From assembly GCA_043228905.1 (NCBI GenBank), contig JBHGNT010000022.1, positions 10,416,001 through 10,480,000 of the forward strand: a stretch of 64,000 nucleotides of DNA, written 5' to 3'. Shown piece after piece: positions 13,359 to 23,660 of this stretch. The translations under genes were made by a program, and so were the position numbers. Position 1 is the first letter of the stretch, and each line of letters starts with the position of its first letter. Under the pieces are notes generated by a model. The model made no database searches, was not told the DNA's origin, and was given only the letters and a program-made list of their open reading frames with translations. The DNA comes from Azolla caroliniana (Eukaryota; Plantae; Polypodiophyta).

Positions 13359-16139
13359 TTACGGAGAATCACTACTATAACTAATATACAATGACGATTC
13401 CTCCTCATCATCCTCGGATGTACCAATCAGTGCATTATCTTCGTCATAAACCAAATGGTTTGACTCTAGATTATATGTAGCAGATCTCGTTTGCCTTTGA
13501 CTCGAGCCACCTTGTAGACCTGGTAATTTTTCTTTTATTATATCTATTGTTGACTTCCTTAATCGTCCGGCTTTTGTAAGTGTGAAGTCGTACACGATGA
13601 TATCCACATCAGAGATATCAAGGGTCGAGGTGTTACGAATGTTTCGCTTCCTCTTCCTACCTCCCCTTCTTGTTGGGCATTCAATCATCTCCAATGTATA
13701 CTTACCTGTAAAAGCATTTGCACTTCTAGTGTTGTACCAATGAACATTTATAGACTTGATCGTGTTTTCTATTTCATGCATTAGCACTTCTAGAATTTTA
13801 CCAACCCAAAATTGGTGGCCATGTGAGTTCTCATCAGCCAGCGTTGCAATCAACATCCCCACGGTGAGCTCTTGCAAATTGCCTTGCCATCTAGCTTCGG
13901 CTGCTTTGGTCATCCTTGGTCCCACATAAATGTCTCTTTGTTGTGGATGGACTAAGCTGTCATTAATCGCATTTACTAGTTGCTCTGGAGTTCTATTTAC
14001 GCGATCATGTTGCAGCGACCATGTGAATGGCGTTTCCAAATTCCAATTATCAACAGATACACAATTGTCTATAATTTCTTTCTGATCACTATAAAATACA
14101 TCCCACCATGACGTGTCTTGTTGTGCGGCATATTTCTTGGCGGCCTCAATATGCTTTCTTTTTTCTTCTAAGGCTTGGAGCCATGACCGTTTTTGTTCTG
14201 ATACCAAGTCGCTCTGCAACTGTCCTTTCTTCTCAATTGGCATTTGCATAGCTCCATGGACAATTGTACTCAGCATACAAAGTAATAACTGGCAACCACC
14301 TTCAGGTTCCCATGTTGTAGAAGATGAATATTGTTTAGCATACAAAAGTGTAGAACCACCTATTCCATTTTTCTTTATCATAAAAATGTGATTGAAACTT
14401 ATATTGTTTAACTGAGCAAGCACTTTAACATTCCCACCACCCCCATCTAATATATATCTCTTAAAGTCATATACCTCCTTCAAGTGTAACACTTTTGGGC
14501 GTGGTGTATATGCATCACAAATGACATCAAATAGTTTAGGTAAAGTGAAAGCATCATGCCGAGACAACTGTCTGGAGAATGTGCTAAACATCTGATCTAT
14601 ATGGTCATGTGTGTGGCCAACCAAAAGGAAATTGAATTTCACTTTCCTAAACAATTCTAGGTTGACCAACATACTTAGATAGCCAAATACAGTTGAATTT
14701 TTGTTCTCTCTAGCAGTATTGTCCAATTGAATGTATAGAACAGGGGGGAAAGGTTGGCCCCAAGACATCAAAACTCGGTGAATCACTATAACTGTTAGGT
14801 TAGGGTCATTGTGAACATTGGGGTAAGTAATGAAGACGTGAGGTCGAACAGACCTATTATCAGCCAAGCATCCCACCAAGTGCATTTGAACAAGGCACTC
14901 ATCATTGACATCTTTGGGGAGCCTCCGCATATGCGGCAAGCATGTCTTCTTCTGGTCCATGCCATCTATCATTAAGCACATGTATTGTTGGGGCCTCTTC
15001 AAACACTTCTCTCTATCATGCATCGCCTTCTTTCGTTCTAAGGATTGTGCCTCACGATGCTCTTGTAGTAACTTCTTACTCATATCCTTTTCCATTGATG
15101 TCTTTGCACCTTTAGCCAAACTTTTAAGATTTGCACAAATGGAGCAATACCCCATACGTACTTTACGAGGAATAATAACATTTGAAAACCGAGCTCTCCA
15201 TAATCTTGTGAATTGGCTATAGGTGATAGACTTATTACGTGAGCCCAGCATATCAGATCAATAGACATCATAAACTTCCCGACGTGTATAATTATCAGAA
15301 AGATGCATCCTACCTGTAGTGGGCATTACTTCACAATTTAACTGAAAGTAAGTTTTCATTCAACCAATAGTATGTCTTCCAATTGCACCTTTCATACTTG
15401 GAACCTCTTTACAATTGAGCATCTGATCCCCGCTAAGTAGACATTGTTGTACTCTATGTAGCCGCATGTTACTAACACATAACGCAATTTTGAATGCAAC
15501 TCTACATATCTGTTGCGCATGGAAGATATAATACTCGAATGATACTTTGATCCCCGTACATTTGTCAGATACTAGTTTCATATGTGACCCGAGGTAAGTG
15601 TCTTGCTCATCACCGGTCATCGAAAAATAGTATCGCCTTAATTCTCGCAACTTTGATTTTCCAATCATAGACATACAACCACGGACACAACATATTTTTT
15701 TGACATCAAATCCAATCTGTTTATCTGATGTCACTAAGCTAAATCTAGCCAGATGAATTCTTCGTGGGATTCTTCTAATATGCATAGGGCTCCCAGATTT
15801 CTCTTCCTGCATAGAGGTTGGTGTAACCTTGTTACAATCTAATTCTCTGTTGTGACCATCGCCAATGTTATTCAATGTTTCCTGGGCACTACCTTCATTC
15901 TCCGTATCTTTATTAATATCGTATTCTTCAATAGAGAACTCTTCACATGTGTCACTATTTACATTCCCTGTAGATGAGCTCAGACAATATTCTTCGATAG
16001 AATATGGTGAGTCGGTCGACAGACAATATTCTTCAATCGAATATGGTGACTCTGTTGACAAACAATACTCTTCAGTAGAAAACGATGAGTCTGATGACAA
16101 ACAATATTCTTCAATCGAGAACGGTGAATCTTCACTCAT
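13359..16139 (-). pseudogene. DDD-type DNA transposase (Sola-like / DUF7869-like), ~926 codons in one frame with two in-frame stops
   Basis: ORFs 15360-16139 and 13359-15251 share a frame and are bridged by *MKTYFQLNCEVMPTTGRMHLSDNYTRREVYDVY*SD (TGA at 15360-62 and 15258-60). Motifs CCVRGC, CSIC, IDGMDQ, QLDNTARENKN, FLLVGHTHDHIDQMFS. Superfamily name is from motif recall. Confidence 0.8.
15982..16135 (-). repeat. 39-bp coding tandem repeat x4 (13-aa [FY]S[IT]EEYCLS[ST][DE]S[PS]) at the transposase N-terminus
   Basis: Units begin at 15982, 16021, 16060 and 16099; a partial fifth unit at ~15920-15945. Confidence 0.9.
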
Positions 16140-16399
16140 GGCTTAAGGTCTAGATAGGGCTCTGTAAGTTATGTGCTTAGGCTAAGGCAAAAAACTAATA
16201 ACCTCCTCTCTAAACATATACTCCTCTCTAAACATAAACTTCTCTCGAAACAAAAGCCAAATCAATAGAATGTCTATATTATGTAATATTCTATTAATAC
16301 AATACATAAAAAATTTATTTTTAATAAAGTAATTGTACTTAAAATATCAATTATTATATAAACTACATCTATATGAAGTTAAATCAAGTATAATATAAA

Positions 16400-16860
16400 T
16401 CTAATCATTAACAAGCCATGAATATGTTGGATTAATGTTAAAATCATTGGCTAATTAATGGCACCCATTTTGATATAGAACCTCTCACTCATTGGTTCTT
16501 TAATGCTCACCATTTTAAATATTAGACTTATCAATCATTGGTTAATTCATGCCAACATCTTTAATACACAGCATTTGAGAGTCATAAAAATTGTTGCTTT
16601 TAGTAATCAATCATTGGTACATTCATGAACCTCTATCATTGTCTCCTTCATGACATTTGAAGTCATTGCAGGTTGTTATGACTATAAAAGATTGATCAAT
16701 ATGTTAGTTTGACTTTGTAATCATTAATGCAATCATAAGTTACTCTAGTTAATGTGACTGTGGTTACCAACTAACTATCCTCAAACTTACCAACCTTGGT
16801 TAAGGTGACTATCGTTACTTTAACCAATGTGGTCAATCCCTATAAATAGGAAGACCTCGT
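16400..16860. promoter_or_regulatory. Putative bidirectional promoter: repeated TCATTGG (CCAAT box on the - strand) and TATAAATA
   Basis: TCATTGG at ~16444, 16489, 16535 and 16611; TATAAATAGG at 16841-16850, ~115 nt upstream of the ATG at 16956. Confidence 0.55.
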
Positions 16861-16955
16861 CATATTTCACTCACAAGAACATACAGAGCGTACAGAGCAC
16901 ACAGAGCACAAAGCACCAAAGCGCGATCTCTGCCTCCACTGCCACACGATCAACC

Positions 16956-19757
16956 ATGTCTTCAAAGAGAATCGAGCGCGAGGACTCCAAGTAGGCCTCT
17001 GACACTGTGGACATTTTTGTAAATATGTTTCGTCGCTCAAGAACTCGATACGCCGTATCGAGTTCCTGTATACAATACAAACTTTATACAGGAACTCGAT
17101 ACGGCGTATCGAGTTCATAATTTGTTTTTGCTTTTTAAACAGGAACTCGATACGACGTATCGAGTTCCTGTTTAAAACCTACACTTTAAACAGGAACTCG
17201 ATACGGCGTATCGAGTTCGTGTTTAAAACCTAAACATTAAATAGGAACTCGATACGCCGTATGGAGTTCGTGTTTAAAACCTAAACTTTAAACACGAACT
17301 CGATACGCCGTATCGAGTTGGTGTTTAAAATCCAAACTTTAAACAGGAGTTTAGGTCGACGACCACTTGAGATGAGAGAGCCACACCGCATGCATGTTCA
17401 AAATCTCAAGAAAAAAATGAAAATTAATCCTCATGCCACTGTGGTGCCTTTTATTGTTATGGTAGATCCTGAAGAATGTGAAACCATTGAAGATTTTGAT
17501 ATTAGAAAGCATGATCAATATAATTATTTTGTCATTGGTGGATAGCATTCAGCAGAGGCACGTCGGCAACTTGTGAGAGAACATCCAACGACTTTCTTCT
17601 TCAAGTATGCCGAGTGCAAAATTTATGTTGGGCTCACAACCGAAGAGGCTAAGCTGTTGGCATGGGACCATAATAATGATAATGACTATAGGCAGAAAAT
17701 GTCGTCCATTGAGCGTATACGGTTCTTCCACCACGAGTATTTAGATGTGAAACAAAAGTTTGGTGTGAAGTTACATCCAGGCCTACGACGTCAATGTCTG
17801 CATGAAGTCGGCATTGTGGTAGATGATAATGTTAAGTCCGATGGTCTTCGAAAGTATGAGTCTTGGTTTCAATTGGCGTTTAGAGATGGAGAAGTATGGG
17901 ACCTACAAGATCAAATCTTCTCAATGTGGGAGAATAAGGAGGTAAAGGGTCAACGACAAAAGAAATGTAAGGTTGACCCTCAACTAGAGTTAAAGTCACA
18001 AGCCGCCAAGAAAATTGACTTGACAATTGAAGAAGCGGCAGACGACATGAAGCTGTCTCTGTGGAGAGCGATGCAAGGTATTAAGGACGAGCAGCTTCTT
18101 GTGTCTGTTTTGTCAAGAGTTGTGGCGAAAGATTTAAGCCTTGAAGAAATGGTCACTGAGTTCAATAAGTAAGTCTTTCAAATATTGAAATTGTAGTCTA
18201 TCTGGTGTAATTCAAAGTTCTAATCTTGATTTCTAATTTTACAGTCATAAGGTGTACATGAAGATCCAAGAAGTTATGATGAAACAACTTGGATGTATAA
18301 CTTGGGAACAAGTGACCGAGGATTATCCTCTAACGTCTTCATATAAGGCGTTATCAGAGTATTTTATTGCATTCAAGGATTGGGTTAGTATTGATGGTTT
18401 TTCATTACCCTTTCATCATATGTAGAGCTTGTATAATAATACCTGATGTCCTATTGCTTCTATTAGAAACCATGTCGAGGCAAGAAACAAGGAGAAGTTA
18501 AGGATATACACGATTTCCCTACATCCTTCCTTGCACATCTCGAGCGAGCCAGAAAAGAAAAGGATCGTCGCTTAGTCAAGGCGTACGAAATGGAGGAAGA
18601 TGGCTCCTTTAAAAAATTTAGCCACAAAAAAGATATTACGAGAGATCTTTACTACAATGTGGTTTGCGGTGATATCGTCGACTTGATCCAAAAGGTGCCA
18701 AAGAAGGAATATATGCTAATGATTGCGGATATTCCTTACGGATTTCGAATGGCTGGGTCATCATACGATGATGAACCGTTTAGGTTAAAACAATTGGAGA
18801 AGATGGTCAAGGATTTCGCTGAGCTAATGACCGCATCCTTGTGGCGAATAGTTGTCTTTCATAGTATGGACCAAGGGTACTCGGTAGCTCAAGCTTTGAG
18901 ATCTCGTTGCCATGGCATCGAGAACCTTGCATGGTAAGGATTATTTATAGGTGTCTTTCACTATATTGCATTTCTTAAGGTTGTTCAATCTATTCTTAAC
19001 TCGATGTATTATTTTTTATAGGATCAAGACCAATGTAAATAGAGAGCCAACTTTTCGGTTCGTTAATGCCATTGAATACATAACGGTTGGCTACTTCGAT
19101 GAAATTAAGAAACAGAGAATCAAGGAGCATTCTAATGAAGTGGGAGGTTCAAATCTGTTGGTATATCCAGCAGTGACACGGAAATTGCGACATGTCACCA
19201 CGACAGAACGGGGACTTGTCAACCCATACCAAAAACCTCAACGACTTATGATGCGCTTGATCGAGATGTTTTCTGTCGAAGGAGACTGGATATTAGATCT
19301 CTTTTCTGGCACAGGTATTCCTTGAACTAGGGTAACGATCTTGAGATAACCAATCCCTTTTTTTTTCGTTTGACAACAAAATCTTCTTGTTACTTACATC
19401 ACAGGAACTACATCTGCATGTGCATTGAAGCTTTTTAGAAATACAGTTGCATTGGAGAAGGATGAGGACCAAGTTATATTTATTAATATGCGGATTAAGG
19501 CTTTGTGGGAGTGCCCAGACCAGGATGAGGAGGTCGGTGCAAAGAACCTCGCTAATACAGAAAGGTTTCAACCTGTTTCGCGAGAGCTTATTCCTCCGTT
19601 AGCCGGCGAACCGGGGGAGCTAATAGAGCTTGATGATGAGCTTATAGAAGATATTTTGTTGGCTCGGCTAATAGGGGAAACCAATGCACGTATAGCCGAA
19701 GACAGTTCTACACAAGATGATGAAGAAAATGACGTTGATGAATTGATTGCTATGTAA
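16956..19757 (+). pseudogene. Spliced gene: ParB/Srx-fold domain + beta-class N6-adenine/N4-cytosine DNA methyltransferase (~700 aa; one in-frame TAG at 17543-17545)
   Basis: Exons 16956-16990 (tentative), 17347-18168, 18245-18383, 18467-18933, 19022-19314 and 19405-19757, all joined by GT-AG and in frame. ParB motifs PFIVMV, VIGG*HSAEA, GLTTEEAKLLAWDHN, MSSIE. MTase motifs CGDIVDLI, IADIPYG (IV), LAW/IKTN..EYITVG, NPYQKPQRLMMRLIEMFS, WILDLFSGT/GTTSACALKLFRNTVALE (I, reconstituted across an intron). Confidence 0.9.
17041..17346. repeat. Array of six 25-bp palindromes GAACTCGATACG-N-CGTATCGAGTTC at an exact 51-bp period
   Basis: Copies start at 17041, 17092, 17143, 17194, 17245 and 17296; copy 3 extends to TTTAAACAG...CTGTTTAAA; copies 5 and 6 each have one mismatch. 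Confidence 0.95.
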
Positions 19758-20151
19758 TAGACTCTATGAAGAAAATGACACTGACGATTTGTTAGGATTT
19801 CACATTATTAATACAAATTTTGGGTTTTACCTAGTGGATTCTATTCTTTATAATCTTCTATATGTTTCAATTTTATTTTTATATACTTGGTTAGTAGATT
19901 TATGACATTGGTTTCACCGCGTGCATAGCTGACTACCAAATTTATGGAGAAACATGAACTAGTTTAAATTGAGGCTGATTTTGGTCCAAGCTAACCTTAA
20001 CAGAACATGGCCCTATAATTGTTGCCATAACTGTCCATGTTGTTATTATGGATCTTTGTCTTCTATTGTTAAAACTATTATGTTTCTATTCCATTGCTGC
20101 TTAGATTGTGTAGTGTGTTGATAATGGTTCCAGTTGCGTTATCGTTCGGAG

Positions 20152-20430
20152 TTTGATCCTGTGTGAATCACCTAAGCAATAGAGTAGATCAATTTTAAAT
20201 ACAGGTATGAAACCCTAATAGGTTTGTTATTTCCACGACATTATCCTAAAGTTCACTGTCTTACATTGTCCACAATTATATACATATGGTTTGATCCCAT
20301 ATGAACAAATTGAGGAATAGATTAGATCAACTTTAAATACAAGTATTGAATACTTTAATAAGTTAGTTATTCCAATCACTTATCATAATGTGCACTATCC
20401 TACATTTTCCACAATTACATACATGCAGGT
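20152..20430. repeat. Diverged tandem duplication, ~138-bp unit x2
   Basis: GTTTGATCC...AATAGAxTAGATCAAxTTTAAATACAxGTAT...CCACAATTAxATACAT occurs twice (~20152 and ~20289). Confidence 0.75.
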
Positions 20431-20699
20431 ATGGGTCAAAGTATAAATTATAACTCATTTTATTAGTATGGATACAAGTACACCTAATATTTTTGTAAAA
20501 CTTACCTAATTAATATAAGTCTTTAAGTTAGTGTTTCCCTTGTCGCACAGTAGTGACATATTGAGCCATAGTTGAACTTTATTATGCCTACATTAACTTA
20601 TCAACGTGTCTAAACTTGCATGATTTCTAATGATCTCCACTCGTAGATCTATCATGTATTTTTATATTTGCAAATTCTCATCAAGTTGAGGAACATGTG

Positions 20700-20962
20700 A
20701 TACTAGTGCATCCAATTTTTGTAGAGAGGGTGTATTTGCTTCGTTTTAAGAAGATTCTACAAGTGGAATGGGCAATCCTTCCACTTGTGAATGCGAACGT
20801 GTTAGAATCGATTTTCTTTTGCAATAAACAAATGATTTGTCTCTTCCACTTGTCTTATGCTTAAAACTTGCTTTTGTTGTACATGTTGCTCTAAATCCTT
20901 CTAGTCTAGAACCCCGGCGGTTCCGTCTCACGATCCGCACATAGTGACGGATTTTCACGACA
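20700..20962 (+). repeat. 3' part of a gypsy-type LTR
   Basis: Ends ...TCACGATCCGCACATAGTGACGGATTTTCACGACA; similar to 23625-23660; 5' limit approximate. Confidence 0.65.
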
Positions 20963-22574
20963 ACGTCGAGGAGACCTTTGCTTGCAGAGCTCTCCTTCGG
21001 GAATGCGAGTCGATGTTGTTTGCCGAGTTGACACGCTTCGCATACTTGATCGATTCGTTTCGATTGGAATGTCAGATGTTCGATGACGACTCCCTTTGTT
21101 TGCATCACTCGAAGCCATTGGAGGTTTATGTGGCCGATTCTCTTGCGCCCACAACACAATGCTTGTCTCGGTTTTGAGACCTTTAGCGTACATTGCCGAT
21201 TTCACCTCGTTCGAATCGAGGATGAACATTCGGCCGTCTCTCCGCCACTTCTCTATGAGTCGGCCATCTTTCTCGATGAAGCATCCTTCTTTGTTGAAGC
21301 GGACTTGCATGCCGCAATAATTGCAAGTTGCGGGCCTCGTTTGCCGACCATGTTCAGTGTGGAAGCTCCCCTTTCTTCCGAAGGTTCCTGGATGGCTTCC
21401 GTGAAGGTTTGAGTTCCCTTCGTGTGATGGGTCAAATTGACCTCTTCTACCGCTCTGACCTCCTCCTCGGCCACCGTCCGAATTCGAGAAGAACATTTGT
21501 CCTTCTGACGTCTTGCTTTTGGTTCAGACATGGTTCTCTTCAACCAATAGCATTGATTGGAGGTCGAAGAATGAAGGAGGGTTTTCTCTCGCCAAGATTG
21601 CCATCCGTAATGGATCGAATCGTTGTGCAAGGCCGCCCAAGCATACTTGAACCATCTCATCTTCGTCGAATTTTATGTTGATGGAGCCAAGTGAGTCACA
21701 AATGCTCTTGATATTGGCGGTGTAGTCCGACACGGACATGTCTTTTTGTCGAATGTTATTCAACTCTTGTCAGAGTTGAAGCTTTCGGGCGGTTGTGTTG
21801 ACGGCGAACATTTTTTTAAGTTCACCCACATGTTGCCAAACACTACATGTCGCCAATTGCTCCCATGTTGCGTAGTCCGCGTTCTATGAGTCGGGTTGAT
21901 TTTCTTGAGTGCCGTTAATGTAGCTCCAATACCCTTGGCCGACGAGGTATTGGGTCATCTTGTACTCCCAAGATGAATAATTGTTCCGGTCTAGCTTTTC
22001 ACTAGGGAGCGAGCTACCCATTTGTGTGTTCATGTTGATTGTGTCTTCTCTTCTTTTGCATTTCTTCCGTTGATCACGTACACGTGCTGCGTAGCGGCAC
22101 TATGGTAGCCAATAGCCGTATTTTTTCGTCGGCGTCTTGAACACACAATCATGGAGTTGAGTGGGCTTAGTGGATTTTCTAAACCACACGTTCTGATACC
22201 ATGTTAAGAATTAGGTAAGTAATTAAGGATGGATTAATTAGTACCTAATTATGTGATTAGTTGATAAGCGGAAGATTATGTGATATGTGTGTATGTGTGT
22301 GAGTGTGAGAGGAGGAGAGAGAGATAGAGAGAGAGAGATACACTTATGAACAACACAAGATGGGGGATGAGTAAGTATATTAAATTAGCATTATCATCAT
22401 CAAATACAAAAATACCCACAATGAGGTATATATACATCTCATGTGCAAAGGTGCACATGTGTGAGTAGAATATAGGTACTAATGTGTAAGTCCTATATTA
22501 AATGTACTTAGGAGTGGAGGATCTAGAATATCCCACTTAAGTACAAGGTCCTAGTTAAGGCGTTATAATCAACA
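20963..22574 (-). mobile_element. Truncated copia: 5' LTR (22202-22574), PBS-iMet (22190-22201), gag and GAG-pre-integrase fragments
   Basis: gttctgatacca PBS; MSVSDYTANIKSICDSL, CNYCG, CEACQLGKQHR; cut at GLLDV by the adjacent LTR. Confidence 0.85.
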
Positions 22575-23029
22575 CTTCTAACTAGATTCTATCTAGGTAA
22601 CTACGAAGTTACATTGTTGACTAACTAACTAAACTAAATTGAGCTTGATCTCTCAACAACTACATTTGAAATGGACAACTAAATGTCAAGTTATGTGAAT
22701 GTGAAGTTTGAGAAGAAGAAGAGAAAAACAAAATTGTGAGATATCCCACATAGATAAGACAAGTCAAGCTCCCACAGTATATACGCAGAGCCAGAAGTTA
22801 TTACTTTCTGTCTATGTGTGGAGCATAGAATGTTCTTGGGCTAAAATGAGGCTTAACTACTCATAATGGTTTTGGAGGAGCAGGAATCGGACCGGGCGAC
22901 GACGGAACCGAAACCGATCTCGGCACCGGACGGCAATAGAACCGAAACCGGAACGGATAGACCGGATCACCGGGTCGGAAGCGGACCGGATAGACGGATC
23001 GATCGGATAGGTTGATCACGATGATTTCT

Positions 23030-23660
23030 GTGTGAAACGAAAAAAATCATCTAGACTAAAAAACCTATTAGAAATTTGTAATCAAAGGGATGCAAGCAAG
23101 GCTTCAACCTTGCACATCCAAGATAGGAGACAATGAACTTACCACTAAGCCAAGTCATCTCTTTAGAAATGTTTTTACTATCATTATACTTTCACATGTA
23201 AACTTTCATGCTAGAGCTCGATTGAGTAACATGATTATCATGGATCACATGTAATACATGAGCGCCAAATGGCAAACATGCATCTCGTGCATGTCTTGCA
23301 CCCTCACAGGCATCATATGCATGGGGGCATCTATAAAAAAGTGGATGGAGAGGAAAAACGGACTAGGTATTAATCAAGCAAGCTTTGTACTTTATATCAA
23401 AATTAAAATTAAGAAGAAAATTCGTTATCCAATTGATGATATATCTTGTTCCTTAAATCTAAAGTAAAGGGTTCAATCTTAATCTCTTTCTCCATTTCAA
23501 TCTTTCTCAATCTAAAGTCAAACGTCCTATCTTATCTCAATCTCTCTCTCTCTATCTTAAAATACTTTATTGCTAAAGCTAGTGCAAACTTCAAATCCTT
23601 CCGGTCCAGAACCCTGGCAATTCCGCCTCACGATCCGCATGTAGTGACAGATGTTCATGA
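23030..23660 (+). repeat. Solo or diverged gypsy-type LTR related to 28032-28840
   Basis: Shares TAGAGCT...CACATGTAA...GCGCCAAATGGCAA.CATGCATC block with ~28211-28300; 3' end resembles 20920-20962. Confidence 0.7.

Larger units (their letters stand above)
12010..20700. mobile_element. Putative DNA transposon carrying a transposase and a ParB-DNA methyltransferase gene (boundaries approximate)
   Basis: Non-retroelement block interrupting gypsy gag, with two divergent genes and repeat-rich flanks; no convincing TIR or TSD identified. Confidence 0.65.

Noticed and set aside
17041-17346. CRISPR array (25-bp palindromic repeat + 26-bp spacer)
   Set aside because: The spacers are variants of one another (TGTTTAAAACCTAAACTTTAAACAG), there are no cas genes, and the context is eukaryotic
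16956-19757. Bacterial contamination or prophage as the source of the MTase
   Set aside because: The gene has spliceosomal GT-AG introns and a TATA box, and is embedded among plant retroelements
12110-20555. CACTA termini (CACTATGTGG at ~12110; CACAGTAGTG at ~20546-20555)
   Set aside because: The match hardly extends past CACTA, the flanking 3-mers differ (CTA vs ACA), and the transposase lacks recognisable En/Spm features
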